Source: a virus (taxonomy: Duplodnaviria > Caudoviricetes). From it: a stretch of DNA of 64,000 nucleotides. A program made the position numbers and the translations under genes. The notes under the pieces were generated by a model. The model worked only from the letters and a program-made list of their open reading frames with translations. It was not told the DNA's origin and did not search any database. The DNA is taken from IMG/VR virus record IMGVR_UViG_3300048549_001527. One strand, 5' to 3'. Positions within the stretch are counted from its first letter, which is position 1. Every line of letters starts with the position of its first letter. Positions 54,795 to 62,966 of this stretch are shown here, in pieces.

Positions 54795-56006
54795 ATGAGC
54801 GAAATTACATGGGCCCCAATTATTCCACTAATCGGTGGACAAATGCTAGGAGCAGAAAAAGCTTTTGGAAAACCACCTGAAGCTATCTATTCATACGCGG
54901 ACTTTGAAGGAAACGATAGTCATTATGTTAACTATCAGCAAAACGTCAAAGGGCGTGACGTACAATATAAAATGATACCTGAAAGTTCAAGTCGACATAT
55001 AAGTGTTATTTCAGGCACACCACCTTGTGCGGCATTATCACAACTTAACACTGGTAAAACCGAAGCGGCAAAAGGTGCAAAATGCGAAAAGAACGAATGG
55101 ATGTACGAAGTCTTTAAAGAAGGCATTAACCGATTTTCAGCTAAAGCTATTGTTGTTGAAAACGCTCCTGCACTGTTTACTAAAAAAGGTAAAGAAGTAG
55201 CTGATAATTTGTTTGACATTTGCTCAAAAGCAGGGTATAGTTTAACTCTATATAAAACATCTACAAAATATCATGGTATCCCACAAGCTAGAGATCGTTG
55301 TTTTGCCATTGGTTGGAATTCAGAAACCGCTCCTATTATGAATTGGTACAAACGGCCTCGTAAAAAGTTTCACGAATATCTTTCGGATTTAACAGACGAT
55401 ATTCAACAAATGGATATTTTGTGTAACAAAAAACTTGATGAAGAACCTTACTATCAATACATCAAGTCACTTACAAACGAAGATCCTCGTAAGGTAATTA
55501 TGGAAAGCGGACAGATTACGGCATTTAACTATATTAATAAAAGTGGTAAATTGCCTGCTTGTAATAAATGGATGCATGATACAAATAACGAACGCGGTAT
55601 CAAAGTATCAGACCATGCTGTTAAAAAGTTTGCAATGGGTAAAGGTATTTGGGATAGCTCAACACACGTCTTTGGAGATTGTATGAATGCAGTTATCGGT
55701 CGTAACCTTGCAGATACAATTCATCCAAAGTTTGATCGTTCTTTAACTATTCGTGAAGCGTTGTATCTTATGGGTTTCCCTCATGACTTTGAGCTTGTTG
55801 GCGGATTACCTAAAATGAATCATATTGCTCAAAACGTTCCTGTTCCAACATCAAGAGATATTCATACTGAAATCGGTAAGTTTATTCGTGGCGAGTTAAC
55901 GATGTCAGATACTAATTACCATCGTCAAGATAACCATAACGAACGGATGTGGTCTGATCCGGGTGGGAAAAACAACCAAGCAACACTTGAGGAGTTCATG
56001 GCTTGA
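54795..56006 (+). CDS. C5 cytosine methyltransferase-fold protein with atypical motif I
   Basis: GTPPC (IV), VENAP (VI), GIPQARDR (VIII), RSLTIREA..LMGFP (IX), QNVP (X); motif I reads IPLIGG. Confidence 0.8.
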   Translation: MSEITWAPIIPLIGGQMLGAEKAFGKPPEAIYSYADFEGNDSHYVNYQQNVKGRDVQYKMIPESSSRHISVISGTPPCAALSQLNTGKTEAAKGAKCEKNEWMYEVFKEGINRFSAKAIVVENAPALFTKKGKEVADNLFDICSKAGYSLTLYKTSTKYHGIPQARDRCFAIGWNSETAPIMNWYKRPRKKFHEYLSDLTDDIQQMDILCNKKLDEEPYYQYIKSLTNEDPRKVIMESGQITAFNYINKSGKLPACNKWMHDTNNERGIKVSDHAVKKFAMGKGIWDSSTHVFGDCMNAVIGRNLADTIHPKFDRSLTIREALYLMGFPHDFELVGGLPKMNHIAQNVPVPTSRDIHTEIGKFIRGELTMSDTNYHRQDNHNERMWSDPGGKNNQATLEEFMA

Positions 56007-56638
56007 AACACGACTTTATTATAGATTTTGAGACATTCGGCAAGGATGCTCAAAAGTGCGCAGTGATTGACTGTTCGGTGATGGTATTCAGTTGGGATAA
56101 AATGATTTCAGCTGATCCATATACTCTTGCAGATATATCAAAAACAAAACGATTTAAACTATCCGTGGTAGATCAAGTTAAAAATTATGGATGGGAAATT
56201 GATAAAGGAACAGTTACATGGTGGGAATCCTTAGGACCTGAAGTTCGTAGGAACATTAAACCACTTCCAACTGATTTAACTGTTGCTGATTTTACCAAGC
56301 AATTTCATGACTTTTTAATTGACTCGCCAAAGATTAGTAAATGGTGGTCTAGGTCAAATACATTTGACCCGATTATTCTTGGTCGTTTATTTCAATCACA
56401 AGATAAACTATTACATATGGAAGAGTACTTAAAGTATTGGGCAGTCCGCGATACACGTACTTATATTGATGCAAAGTTTGATTTTAAGCAAAAGAATGGG
56501 TTTATTCCATTTGCTGACGAACAGCGTTGGGAACAGATGTTTAAAGCTCACGACAGCTCGTGGGATATTTTAGCAGATGTATTACGCATGCAAGCAATTC
56601 GTAGGGCTGAGGAAGATTTAGAACAGGTGACAACATGA
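56003..56638 (+). CDS. dexA: Exonuclease A (DEDD)
   Basis: DFIIDFET.G, AVID, TVTWW, FDP.IL, RDTRT, AHDS.WD as in T4 DexA. Confidence 0.85.
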   Translation: MKHDFIIDFETFGKDAQKCAVIDCSVMVFSWDKMISADPYTLADISKTKRFKLSVVDQVKNYGWEIDKGTVTWWESLGPEVRRNIKPLPTDLTVADFTKQFHDFLIDSPKISKWWSRSNTFDPIILGRLFQSQDKLLHMEEYLKYWAVRDTRTYIDAKFDFKQKNGFIPFADEQRWEQMFKAHDSSWDILADVLRMQAIRRAEEDLEQVTT

Positions 56639-57528
56639 ATTTAAACGTAACTATTGAAGACTTACAACAATATAAAATCTTTGTTGGTACACCAATGTAT
56701 GGTGGACAATGCGCAGGCTTATTCACAAAGGCTTGTAACGATCTTGCTATGTTGTGTACGGCTAATAAAATTCCAATTAAGTTTTATTATCTTTTTAATG
56801 AAAGTTTGGTACAAAGAGCTCGTAACTATATTGTTGATGAATTCCTACGCTCAGACTCAACGCATTTAATGTTTATTGATTCCGACATTGGTTTCAATCC
56901 AAGAGATGTTATTTCACTTATGGCAATATATCATTCAGATCCTGATAAGTATGACATTTTGACCGGACCTTATCCTAAAAAGACTATTGCGTGGGAAAAA
57001 GTTCATATGGCCGCAAAGGCAGGTAAAGGCGATGAAAATCCTTTTGAGCTTAACGAATTTACTGGAGACTTTGTATTTAATCCAGTAGGTGGAGTTACTA
57101 GTTTTAAAATGGATGCACCACTTGAAGTTGGTGAAGCAGGTACAGGATTTATGTTAATACCTCGTAAAGTATTTGAAGATTACCGAGCTGCATACCCTGA
57201 ATTGTCATATAAGCCAGACCACGCAAGAACTGAAAACTTTGACGGAGAACGTGATATTACAGCATTCTTTGATTGTATAATTGATCCAAAAACACGGCGG
57301 TATTTGTCTGAGGATTACTTCTTTTGTCAAAAGGCAAGAGCAATACAAAAAAGAGTTTGGATGTGTCCATGGATGAGAATGACTCATGTTGGTTCTTATA
57401 TGTTTAACGGTAATATGTCTGCTCTTGGATCTTTAGGAGCGTCTCCAACCGCAAATAAACAAAGCAATTCTAAGAACTATAAAAAACCATTGACAAAAAC
57501 CAAAAAACGTAATAAAATAAACAAATGA
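56635..57528 (+). CDS. GT-A-like hypothetical protein
   Basis: VGTPMYGG, ESLVQRARN, HLMFIDSDIGF, YLSEDYFFC. Confidence 0.7.
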   Translation: MNLNVTIEDLQQYKIFVGTPMYGGQCAGLFTKACNDLAMLCTANKIPIKFYYLFNESLVQRARNYIVDEFLRSDSTHLMFIDSDIGFNPRDVISLMAIYHSDPDKYDILTGPYPKKTIAWEKVHMAAKAGKGDENPFELNEFTGDFVFNPVGGVTSFKMDAPLEVGEAGTGFMLIPRKVFEDYRAAYPELSYKPDHARTENFDGERDITAFFDCIIDPKTRRYLSEDYFFCQKARAIQKRVWMCPWMRMTHVGSYMFNGNMSALGSLGASPTANKQSNSKNYKKPLTKTKKRNKINK

Positions 57529-57550
57529 TGATTAACCTAGGAGCTATATA

Positions 57551-58216
57551 ATGAAATTTTCTGAACGCACTCTTACTATTCTTAAGAGTTTCTCTACTAT
57601 CAACAAATCAATCCAAATGAAGCAAGGGAATACCCTTCGTACCATTACACCTGAAAAAACACTGATTGCATCCGCAACAATCCCAGATCAGTTTCCATCA
57701 GAAGCATGTATTTACGATTTGTCAAGATTTTTATCAATTTTGTCACTTCATACTGCGCCAGACGTAGAGTTTCATGATAAATACTTTGTAATCACAGAAG
57801 GTAAACAGCGTACTCGTTACGCCTTTGCCGACGTTTCCATGATACACGCAGCGCCTGAAAAAACCATTGAATTGCCGTCGGCTGATGTGGTTGTTGATGT
57901 ATCTTGGAATGATTTGCAATCTGTTCAAAAAGCGGCAGGTGTTCTTCAGTTTAATGAAGTTGCATTTGTTGGCCAGGATGGAAAGTGTTACTTAAAGGCC
58001 ATTGATAGTTCGTCTGCGGCAGCGGATGACTACGGTGTAGAAATTGGCGATACTGCCGATGAGTTTAAAATTATTATTAAAACTGATAATTTGAAGCTCT
58101 TACCTCAAGATTACAGAGTTACGCTGTCAAGTAAAGGTATCTCTGAATTTAAAGGTGAAGACGTCACGTATTTCGTGGCTATTGATACAAAGTCGACTTA
58201 TAAGAAAGGATCCTAA
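57551..58216 (+). CDS. gp45: Sliding clamp
   Basis: MKFS..TL.ILKSFSTIN.SI, IYDL..FL, NLKLLP.DY.V, Y.VA. Confidence 0.95.
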   Translation: MKFSERTLTILKSFSTINKSIQMKQGNTLRTITPEKTLIASATIPDQFPSEACIYDLSRFLSILSLHTAPDVEFHDKYFVITEGKQRTRYAFADVSMIHAAPEKTIELPSADVVVDVSWNDLQSVQKAAGVLQFNEVAFVGQDGKCYLKAIDSSSAAADDYGVEIGDTADEFKIIIKTDNLKLLPQDYRVTLSSKGISEFKGEDVTYFVAIDTKSTYKKGS

Positions 58217-58218
58217 TT

Positions 58219-58476
58219 ATGGATGAAAATCAACAACCTGAAAATCCAGGTGGAATTAACCTACAAGATATGGCAACAGTTGTTCAAATCATTGACATTG
58301 CCTCGCGTCGTGGTGCTTTTGAAGGCCGTGAACTGCAAGGTGTTGGCATGCTTCGGAATAAAATTGAAGCGTTCTTACGTGCACAACAGCAACAGCCTGA
58401 AGGTATGATGCCGCCACCTGACGCAGCAGCAGATGTCCCTCAAGATGCACCACTTGCAGATAAAGTGACAAACTAA
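58219..58476 (+). CDS. Hypothetical protein
   Basis: IIDIASRRGAF.G.E..VG.LR motif; between gp45 and gp44. Confidence 0.75.
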   Translation: MDENQQPENPGGINLQDMATVVQIIDIASRRGAFEGRELQGVGMLRNKIEAFLRAQQQQPEGMMPPPDAAADVPQDAPLADKVTN

Positions 58477-58544
58477 TTGTTGAAACGAACGCGGGCAATC
58501 GTTGTAAAACAAACCCGCACCTTATTTTATATTATGGAGACAAT

Positions 58545-59498
58545 ATGTCTATTGATGCTAAACAAAATGAAGTGCTCTGGGTTGAGCGCTATCGGCCGCA
58601 ACTTATCGCGGATACTATACTTCCTGAAAAAACTAAATCTATGTTCACAAAGTTTGTTACGGATAACAGCGTACCAAACTTATTGCTAACTGGCGGCCCA
58701 GGCGTTGGCAAAACTACAATTGCGAAAGCAATGCTCGAAGAACTCGGCTGTGATTATATTGTAAAGAACGGCTCTTTGAATGTTAACATCGATACTCTTC
58801 GTTATGATATATCAACATATGCCTCTGCTGTATCGCTACAAGGTGGTCGCAAATATGTAATCTTTGACGAAGCTGATTACCTTAATGCTGCAAATGTTCA
58901 ACCAGCTTTGCGTAATTTTATTGAAGAATATTCTTCAAACTGTGGCTTTATTTTTACTTGTAACTTTAAGAATAGAATTATTCAGCCATTACGTTCTCGG
59001 TTGTCTGAAGTTGACTTTACAATTGAAACATCTGACCGTCCTAAACTTGCAATGCAGTTTATGAAACGAGTTACGCAAATCCTCGAACAAGAACAAGTAG
59101 AATATGACCAATCTGTTGTTGCAAAGGTTATTCAAAAACACTTCCCTGATTTCCGTCGTGTACTAACTGAACTGCAATCCTACTCAGCATCAGGTAAAAT
59201 TGACGAAGGTATCTTTATCAATTTGAAGCAAGAGTCCATGGATGAATTGTTTCGTTTGTTAAAAGCTAAAGACTTTACTAATATGCGTAAATGGGTTGCA
59301 AAGAATAGCGATCAAGATATGAATGAAATGTTCCGTCGCATTTATGATATGGGATCTGATAAAGTTTTAATGAAATCATTACCTGGGTTTGTTGTAACTC
59401 TGGCAGATTATATGTATAAGGCAAACTTTGTTGCAGATCTTGAAGTCAATATGGTTGCATTCTTAACTGAAGTAATGATTGAAGCCGAATATAAATGA
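58545..59498 (+). CDS. gp44: Clamp loader large subunit
   Basis: LWVERYRP, GGPGVGKTT, FDEAD, SRC-like PLRSR, FPDFR. Confidence 0.96.
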   Translation: MSIDAKQNEVLWVERYRPQLIADTILPEKTKSMFTKFVTDNSVPNLLLTGGPGVGKTTIAKAMLEELGCDYIVKNGSLNVNIDTLRYDISTYASAVSLQGGRKYVIFDEADYLNAANVQPALRNFIEEYSSNCGFIFTCNFKNRIIQPLRSRLSEVDFTIETSDRPKLAMQFMKRVTQILEQEQVEYDQSVVAKVIQKHFPDFRRVLTELQSYSASGKIDEGIFINLKQESMDELFRLLKAKDFTNMRKWVAKNSDQDMNEMFRRIYDMGSDKVLMKSLPGFVVTLADYMYKANFVADLEVNMVAFLTEVMIEAEYK

Positions 59499-59701
59499 GT
59501 GAATGGATAAAAAAACTAATAGGTGTCCACACTTGTTTCAATTGTGAAAAATATATTGATAAGAAAGATATATACAATGTAGATCTTGATACGCTTGATG
59601 GAGTACTACACCTAAAGCTATGCCCAACTTGTGCTAAAGATTTTGATGATATGATGAAAGAATTGGAGGAAGTAATTGCCGAAAGAGATAACACCATTTG
59701 A
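59495..59701 (+). CDS. Hypothetical Zn-ribbon protein
   Basis: CFNC..CPTC. Confidence 0.6.
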   Translation: MSEWIKKLIGVHTCFNCEKYIDKKDIYNVDLDTLDGVLHLKLCPTCAKDFDDMMKELEEVIAERDNTI

Positions 59702-60092
59702 TTTTATGAATGCAGTATCCTTTACTAAAGAGGATCTGATTGGTAACCACGAAAACCCAGACCAAGCTGAAAAGCTATATGTTCCTTACATGGTCAATCG
59801 TGGCTTTGCAAACTTTGAAGATACCATACTCCATGCAAACGAATTGAATCAACGTGCTCATTTATTTGACCGTGCTCAATTTGACTATTATCGTGGAGCA
59901 TTACGTAAACGTAAACGTTTTTCAAAATGGCCAAAAGCTGATAAAAACATAGACTTAGACGCTATTCAGGAAGTGTATCAATGTAATAGAACCATAGCAA
60001 AGCTTTACCTTAAGGCGTTAACAGTTGAAGATTTAAAGACTATCCATACGAAGCTTGAGACAGGCGGTGTTGGCACCAAATCAAAGAAATGA
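59676..60092 (+). CDS. gp62: Clamp loader small subunit
   Basis: PFDF..A, YVPYMVNRG, NE.N, KRKRFSKW, ETGG; TTG start with GGAGG. Confidence 0.9.
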   Translation: MPKEITPFDFMNAVSFTKEDLIGNHENPDQAEKLYVPYMVNRGFANFEDTILHANELNQRAHLFDRAQFDYYRGALRKRKRFSKWPKADKNIDLDAIQEVYQCNRTIAKLYLKALTVEDLKTIHTKLETGGVGTKSKK

Positions 60093-60154
60093 TAAATATT
60101 GAGAATCGCAATTGAGCGTTCAGTGATAATAATAATAAAAAAGGTGCTGTCGTT

Positions 60155-60562
60155 ATGCAATCTGAAGAAAACATTTTTAAAGGTGTTGGTATTGAGGTAT
60201 CCCTCCCAACACAGGATAGTTTTTTAAAAATTAAAGAAACTCTCACGCGTATTGGTATTTCATCCCGCAAAGAAAAGAAGCTGTATCAGTCTTGCCATAT
60301 ATTACACAAGCAAGGTCGATATTCAATTTTACACTTTAAAGAACTATTTATTTTAGATGGTAAAAAAGATACATTTGCTGATGAAGACAAAGCAAGGCGT
60401 AACACAATTGTTAACCTACTTGAAGAATGGGGATTAGTTAATGTTATTGACACAGATAACGCACAAGACCCAATTGCCCCATTAAACCAAATTAAAATAT
60501 TATCTCATAAAGAAAAAGGTAATTGGATATTAGAGGCAAAATATAACATAGGAAAAAAATAA
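60155..60562 (+). CDS. regA: Translational repressor RegA
   Basis: FLKIKETLTRIGI, LYQSCHILHKQGRY.I.HFKELF.LDG. Confidence 0.96.
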   Translation: MQSEENIFKGVGIEVSLPTQDSFLKIKETLTRIGISSRKEKKLYQSCHILHKQGRYSILHFKELFILDGKKDTFADEDKARRNTIVNLLEEWGLVNVIDTDNAQDPIAPLNQIKILSHKEKGNWILEAKYNIGKK

Positions 60563-60565
60563 ATT

Positions 60566-61075
60566 ATGAATGTATATAAAGTGAATGAAAATGCTGAGTT
60601 GCCGGCATATGCAACAGATGGCTCAGCTTGTTTTGATATTAAAGCATGTTTTAAACGTGGTGATAAACTTTTAGCCTATAATAATTGGAATAAAGAAACA
60701 CACGTGGCGGTTAAAGGTGTTGGGCGAGTTGCTGACGCGTTTCAAATTCCCCCGGATACTAGAGTCTTAATACCAACTGGCCTCGTGTTTGATATACCTG
60801 AAAACCACGTAATGAAAATGTACGTACGTTCAGGCGTTGCACTAAAAAAAGGATTGACATTAGCAAATAATGTTGGTATAATAGATTCAGACTATGTGGA
60901 ACAGACTTTCATTATGATGATTAATCAAACTGATAGTCTTGTTATGATTGAAAACGGTGAGAGACTGGCGCAGTGTCTTATTGAAAAGACTACAAAAATT
61001 GAAATTAATGAAACTGCTGAACCAATTGTTTCTAAGACAGATCGTGATGGAGGTTTTGGTAGTACAGGAGATTAA
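60566..61075 (+). CDS. dut: Trimeric dUTPase
   Basis: ATDGSACFD, RSGVA, GIIDSDY, ERLAQ, RDGGFGSTG. Confidence 0.95.
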   Translation: MNVYKVNENAELPAYATDGSACFDIKACFKRGDKLLAYNNWNKETHVAVKGVGRVADAFQIPPDTRVLIPTGLVFDIPENHVMKMYVRSGVALKKGLTLANNVGIIDSDYVEQTFIMMINQTDSLVMIENGERLAQCLIEKTTKIEINETAEPIVSKTDRDGGFGSTGD

Positions 61076-61076
61076 A

Positions 61077-61412
61077 ATGTTAAAATACATTACTTTAGGA
61101 CTACTTGCTGCGAGCTCTGCTGTGGCACAAGAACAAGGTGATATCACACGACATCCTTGTGGATCGTTTGAAGAAGCTGGAGCAATTTTAAAATCAACAG
61201 GGCAAGATATGCTTTGGAAAGGCCGCGGCACAACATTCCATATTAGCGGTGAGCAACAAACACCTGAAGTGGTATTCCATGTTAATCAGAAAACCGGTGC
61301 ATGGAGTTTAGTATCGTTATATCCAGGAAACATAGCTTGTTTAGTAATGGCGGGATGGGGGTTTGAGCCTTATTCAATTCCAACAAAAAAAATTGAAAAA
61401 AAATCCCCATAA
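61077..61412 (+). CDS. Secreted hypothetical protein
   Basis: GGAG RBS; signal peptide MLKYITLGLLAASSAVA; two Cys. Confidence 0.7.
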   Translation: MLKYITLGLLAASSAVAQEQGDITRHPCGSFEEAGAILKSTGQDMLWKGRGTTFHISGEQQTPEVVFHVNQKTGAWSLVSLYPGNIACLVMAGWGFEPYSIPTKKIEKKSP

Positions 61413-61450
61413 CTATTGACATTTAACTAAAAAGTATTATATATAGATAG

Positions 61451-61508
61451 TAGACGCTCAACAGAGGTCTATTAAAATTAACTCGCTTATTTAAGGAGAA
61501 CAAAAATG
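61451..61508 (+). promoter_or_regulatory. ROSE-like RNA thermometer in the hsp20 5' UTR
   Basis: Hairpin 61451-61471, then CUCGCUU(61482-88)/AAGGAG(61493-98) SD-sequestering hairpin with bulged G (UYGCU motif). Confidence 0.7.
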
Positions 61509-61964
61509 ACTAGAACTAAATTTAATGCGGCAGCGCTAAACGATCCATTGTTTATCGGATTTGACAGAATGTTAGAAAGAATGAATTCTGTTGATACAGT
61601 GCATCGCAACACGTCCAATTATCCCCCATATAATATTGTAAAAGTAGACGAAGATAATTTTACTATAGAACTGGCATTAGCTGGTTTTAAAGATGAAGAT
61701 ATTGACGTTACACTAAAAGATGGAGTATTATATGTTGAAGGTAACCAAGGTGATAACGATGAAAAAACATATTTGCATCGTGGGCTATCGGCTCGTTCCT
61801 TCCGTAGATCTTTTACAATAGCTGATACCATTGTTGTTAATGGAGCAGATTTTGTAAATGGCATTCTAACCATTTCGTTAGAAAATGTAATTCCTGAAGA
61901 AAAGAAACCTCGAAAGATTGCTATCAACAACGGAAATCATAAGGCTGAACTTCTCAACGGGTAA
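61506..61964 (+). CDS. hsp20: Small heat-shock protein (Hsp20/IbpA-like)
   Basis: NYPPYNIVK, IELALAGF, YLHRGL..RSFRR.F, NGIL.I.LE..IPEEKKPR.I.I. Confidence 0.96.
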   Translation: MTRTKFNAAALNDPLFIGFDRMLERMNSVDTVHRNTSNYPPYNIVKVDEDNFTIELALAGFKDEDIDVTLKDGVLYVEGNQGDNDEKTYLHRGLSARSFRRSFTIADTIVVNGADFVNGILTISLENVIPEEKKPRKIAINNGNHKAELLNG

Positions 61965-61970
61965 GTACTA

Positions 61971-62003
61971 TTGACAAAATAATAAACTATGTTATATTGA
62001 TTC
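61971..62003 (+). promoter_or_regulatory. Sigma70 promoter with GANTC after the -10 box
   Basis: TTGACA-N16-(TGt)TATATT-GATTC. Confidence 0.65.
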
Positions 62004-62011
62004 TAATAACG

Positions 62012-62039
62012 GTCAAACCCTATACTGGGTTTGACTTTT
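62012..62039 (+). terminator. Perfect 9-bp inverted repeat with short U-tract (terminator, attenuator or operator)
   Basis: GTCAAACCC-TATACT-GGGTTTGAC-TTTT. Confidence 0.5.
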
Positions 62040-62058
62040 AACACACACGGAGAGTAAT

Positions 62059-62418
62059 ATGAAAAAGGTAAAACCCATTGGATGGGCAACCACATTGACT
62101 GAAATTGCAAGTATTCCTAAAGATATGTGGGATAGCGTAATGACAGTAGAAAAATCCCCACTACAAAATTTAGACCCTATGGTAGGACACATGATCTTTC
62201 AGTGTCTATTCTTTATTTGGTCTGGTATTTTTGCATTAATGGTAGGAAGTTATTTGGCATTTGGAATTAGTGCTGCGTTTCACCTATTGCTTATTAGCGG
62301 TATTACAATTACAGTTGTGACATTTCGTCAAGCAGAAAACAATCCCGAGTCTCTTAACAATCTTTTAAAATCAGGTCGTAAATATAATGGCCGTGCAAAT
62401 GGTGGTGAGCATGAGTGA
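62059..62418 (+). CDS. Hypothetical two-TM membrane protein
   Basis: SPLQNLDPMVGHMIFQCLFFIWSGIF; two His in TM helices. Confidence 0.75.
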   Translation: MKKVKPIGWATTLTEIASIPKDMWDSVMTVEKSPLQNLDPMVGHMIFQCLFFIWSGIFALMVGSYLAFGISAAFHLLLISGITITVVTFRQAENNPESLNNLLKSGRKYNGRANGGEHE

Positions 62419-62569
62419 GCAAACACAATATTGCACAACCAAAGGCTTAGGCTGGGCATTCTTGATTATTATTATTATGATGGTAGGTTTACCTATTCTT
62501 GGTTCAGCAATTGCTTACCCAGATAATTGTAAGCAATCTATTCTTATTCCGTGTATAGGTTTAGAGTAA
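62411..62569 (+). CDS. Small membrane protein
   Basis: One TM helix flanked by three Cys. Confidence 0.6.
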   Translation: MSEQTQYCTTKGLGWAFLIIIIMMVGLPILGSAIAYPDNCKQSILIPCIGLE

Positions 62570-62748
62570 TGCATATTGTTAGAAAAAAATCTGGTGAAAT
62601 AATTGCAATCGCATCACGTTTAGAAGATGCGATTTCAATTGCAGATGGTGCAAAAGTTGATAAAGAAGATTATGTTGTTCAAGAGTCAACTGACCAACAA
62701 GAACTCGCAGAAGTTTATCGTTCTTATTATGGGACAAGATCACTATGA
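62569..62748 (+). CDS. Hypothetical protein
   Basis: TAATG / ATGA coupling. Confidence 0.6.
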   Translation: MHIVRKKSGEIIAIASRLEDAISIADGAKVDKEDYVVQESTDQQELAEVYRSYYGTRSL

Positions 62749-62951
62749 CTGATGATGAAGTACGTGCAGCCGCTCAGAAAGAAGCGGAAAAAACCTTTGA
62801 TGGCTTCATCTTATGGTCTAAACGAACTACCTATGCTTCGATTGCATTTTTATTGATTGTAGCATCGTGTAACTTTGGGGTAGAGGACGACACCTATCCT
62901 GCCTATAATGGCGAACAATATAATCCGTCCAATCTTAATGTAAAGAAATAA
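62745..62951 (+). CDS. aa3-type cytochrome c oxidase subunit IV-like protein
   Basis: EAEKTFDGFILWSKRTTYASIAFLLIVASCN resembles Paracoccus/Rhodobacter subunit IV ([30 protein letters not shown]). Confidence 0.65.
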   Translation: MTDDEVRAAAQKEAEKTFDGFILWSKRTTYASIAFLLIVASCNFGVEDDTYPAYNGEQYNPSNLNVKK

Positions 62952-62966
62952 AGATAGGAAACAAAT

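Noticed and set aside
61416-61445. GANTC-family or sigma32 promoter for hsp20
   Set aside because: TTGACA is present but -10 spacing is ambiguous; no GANTC and no clear RpoH consensus
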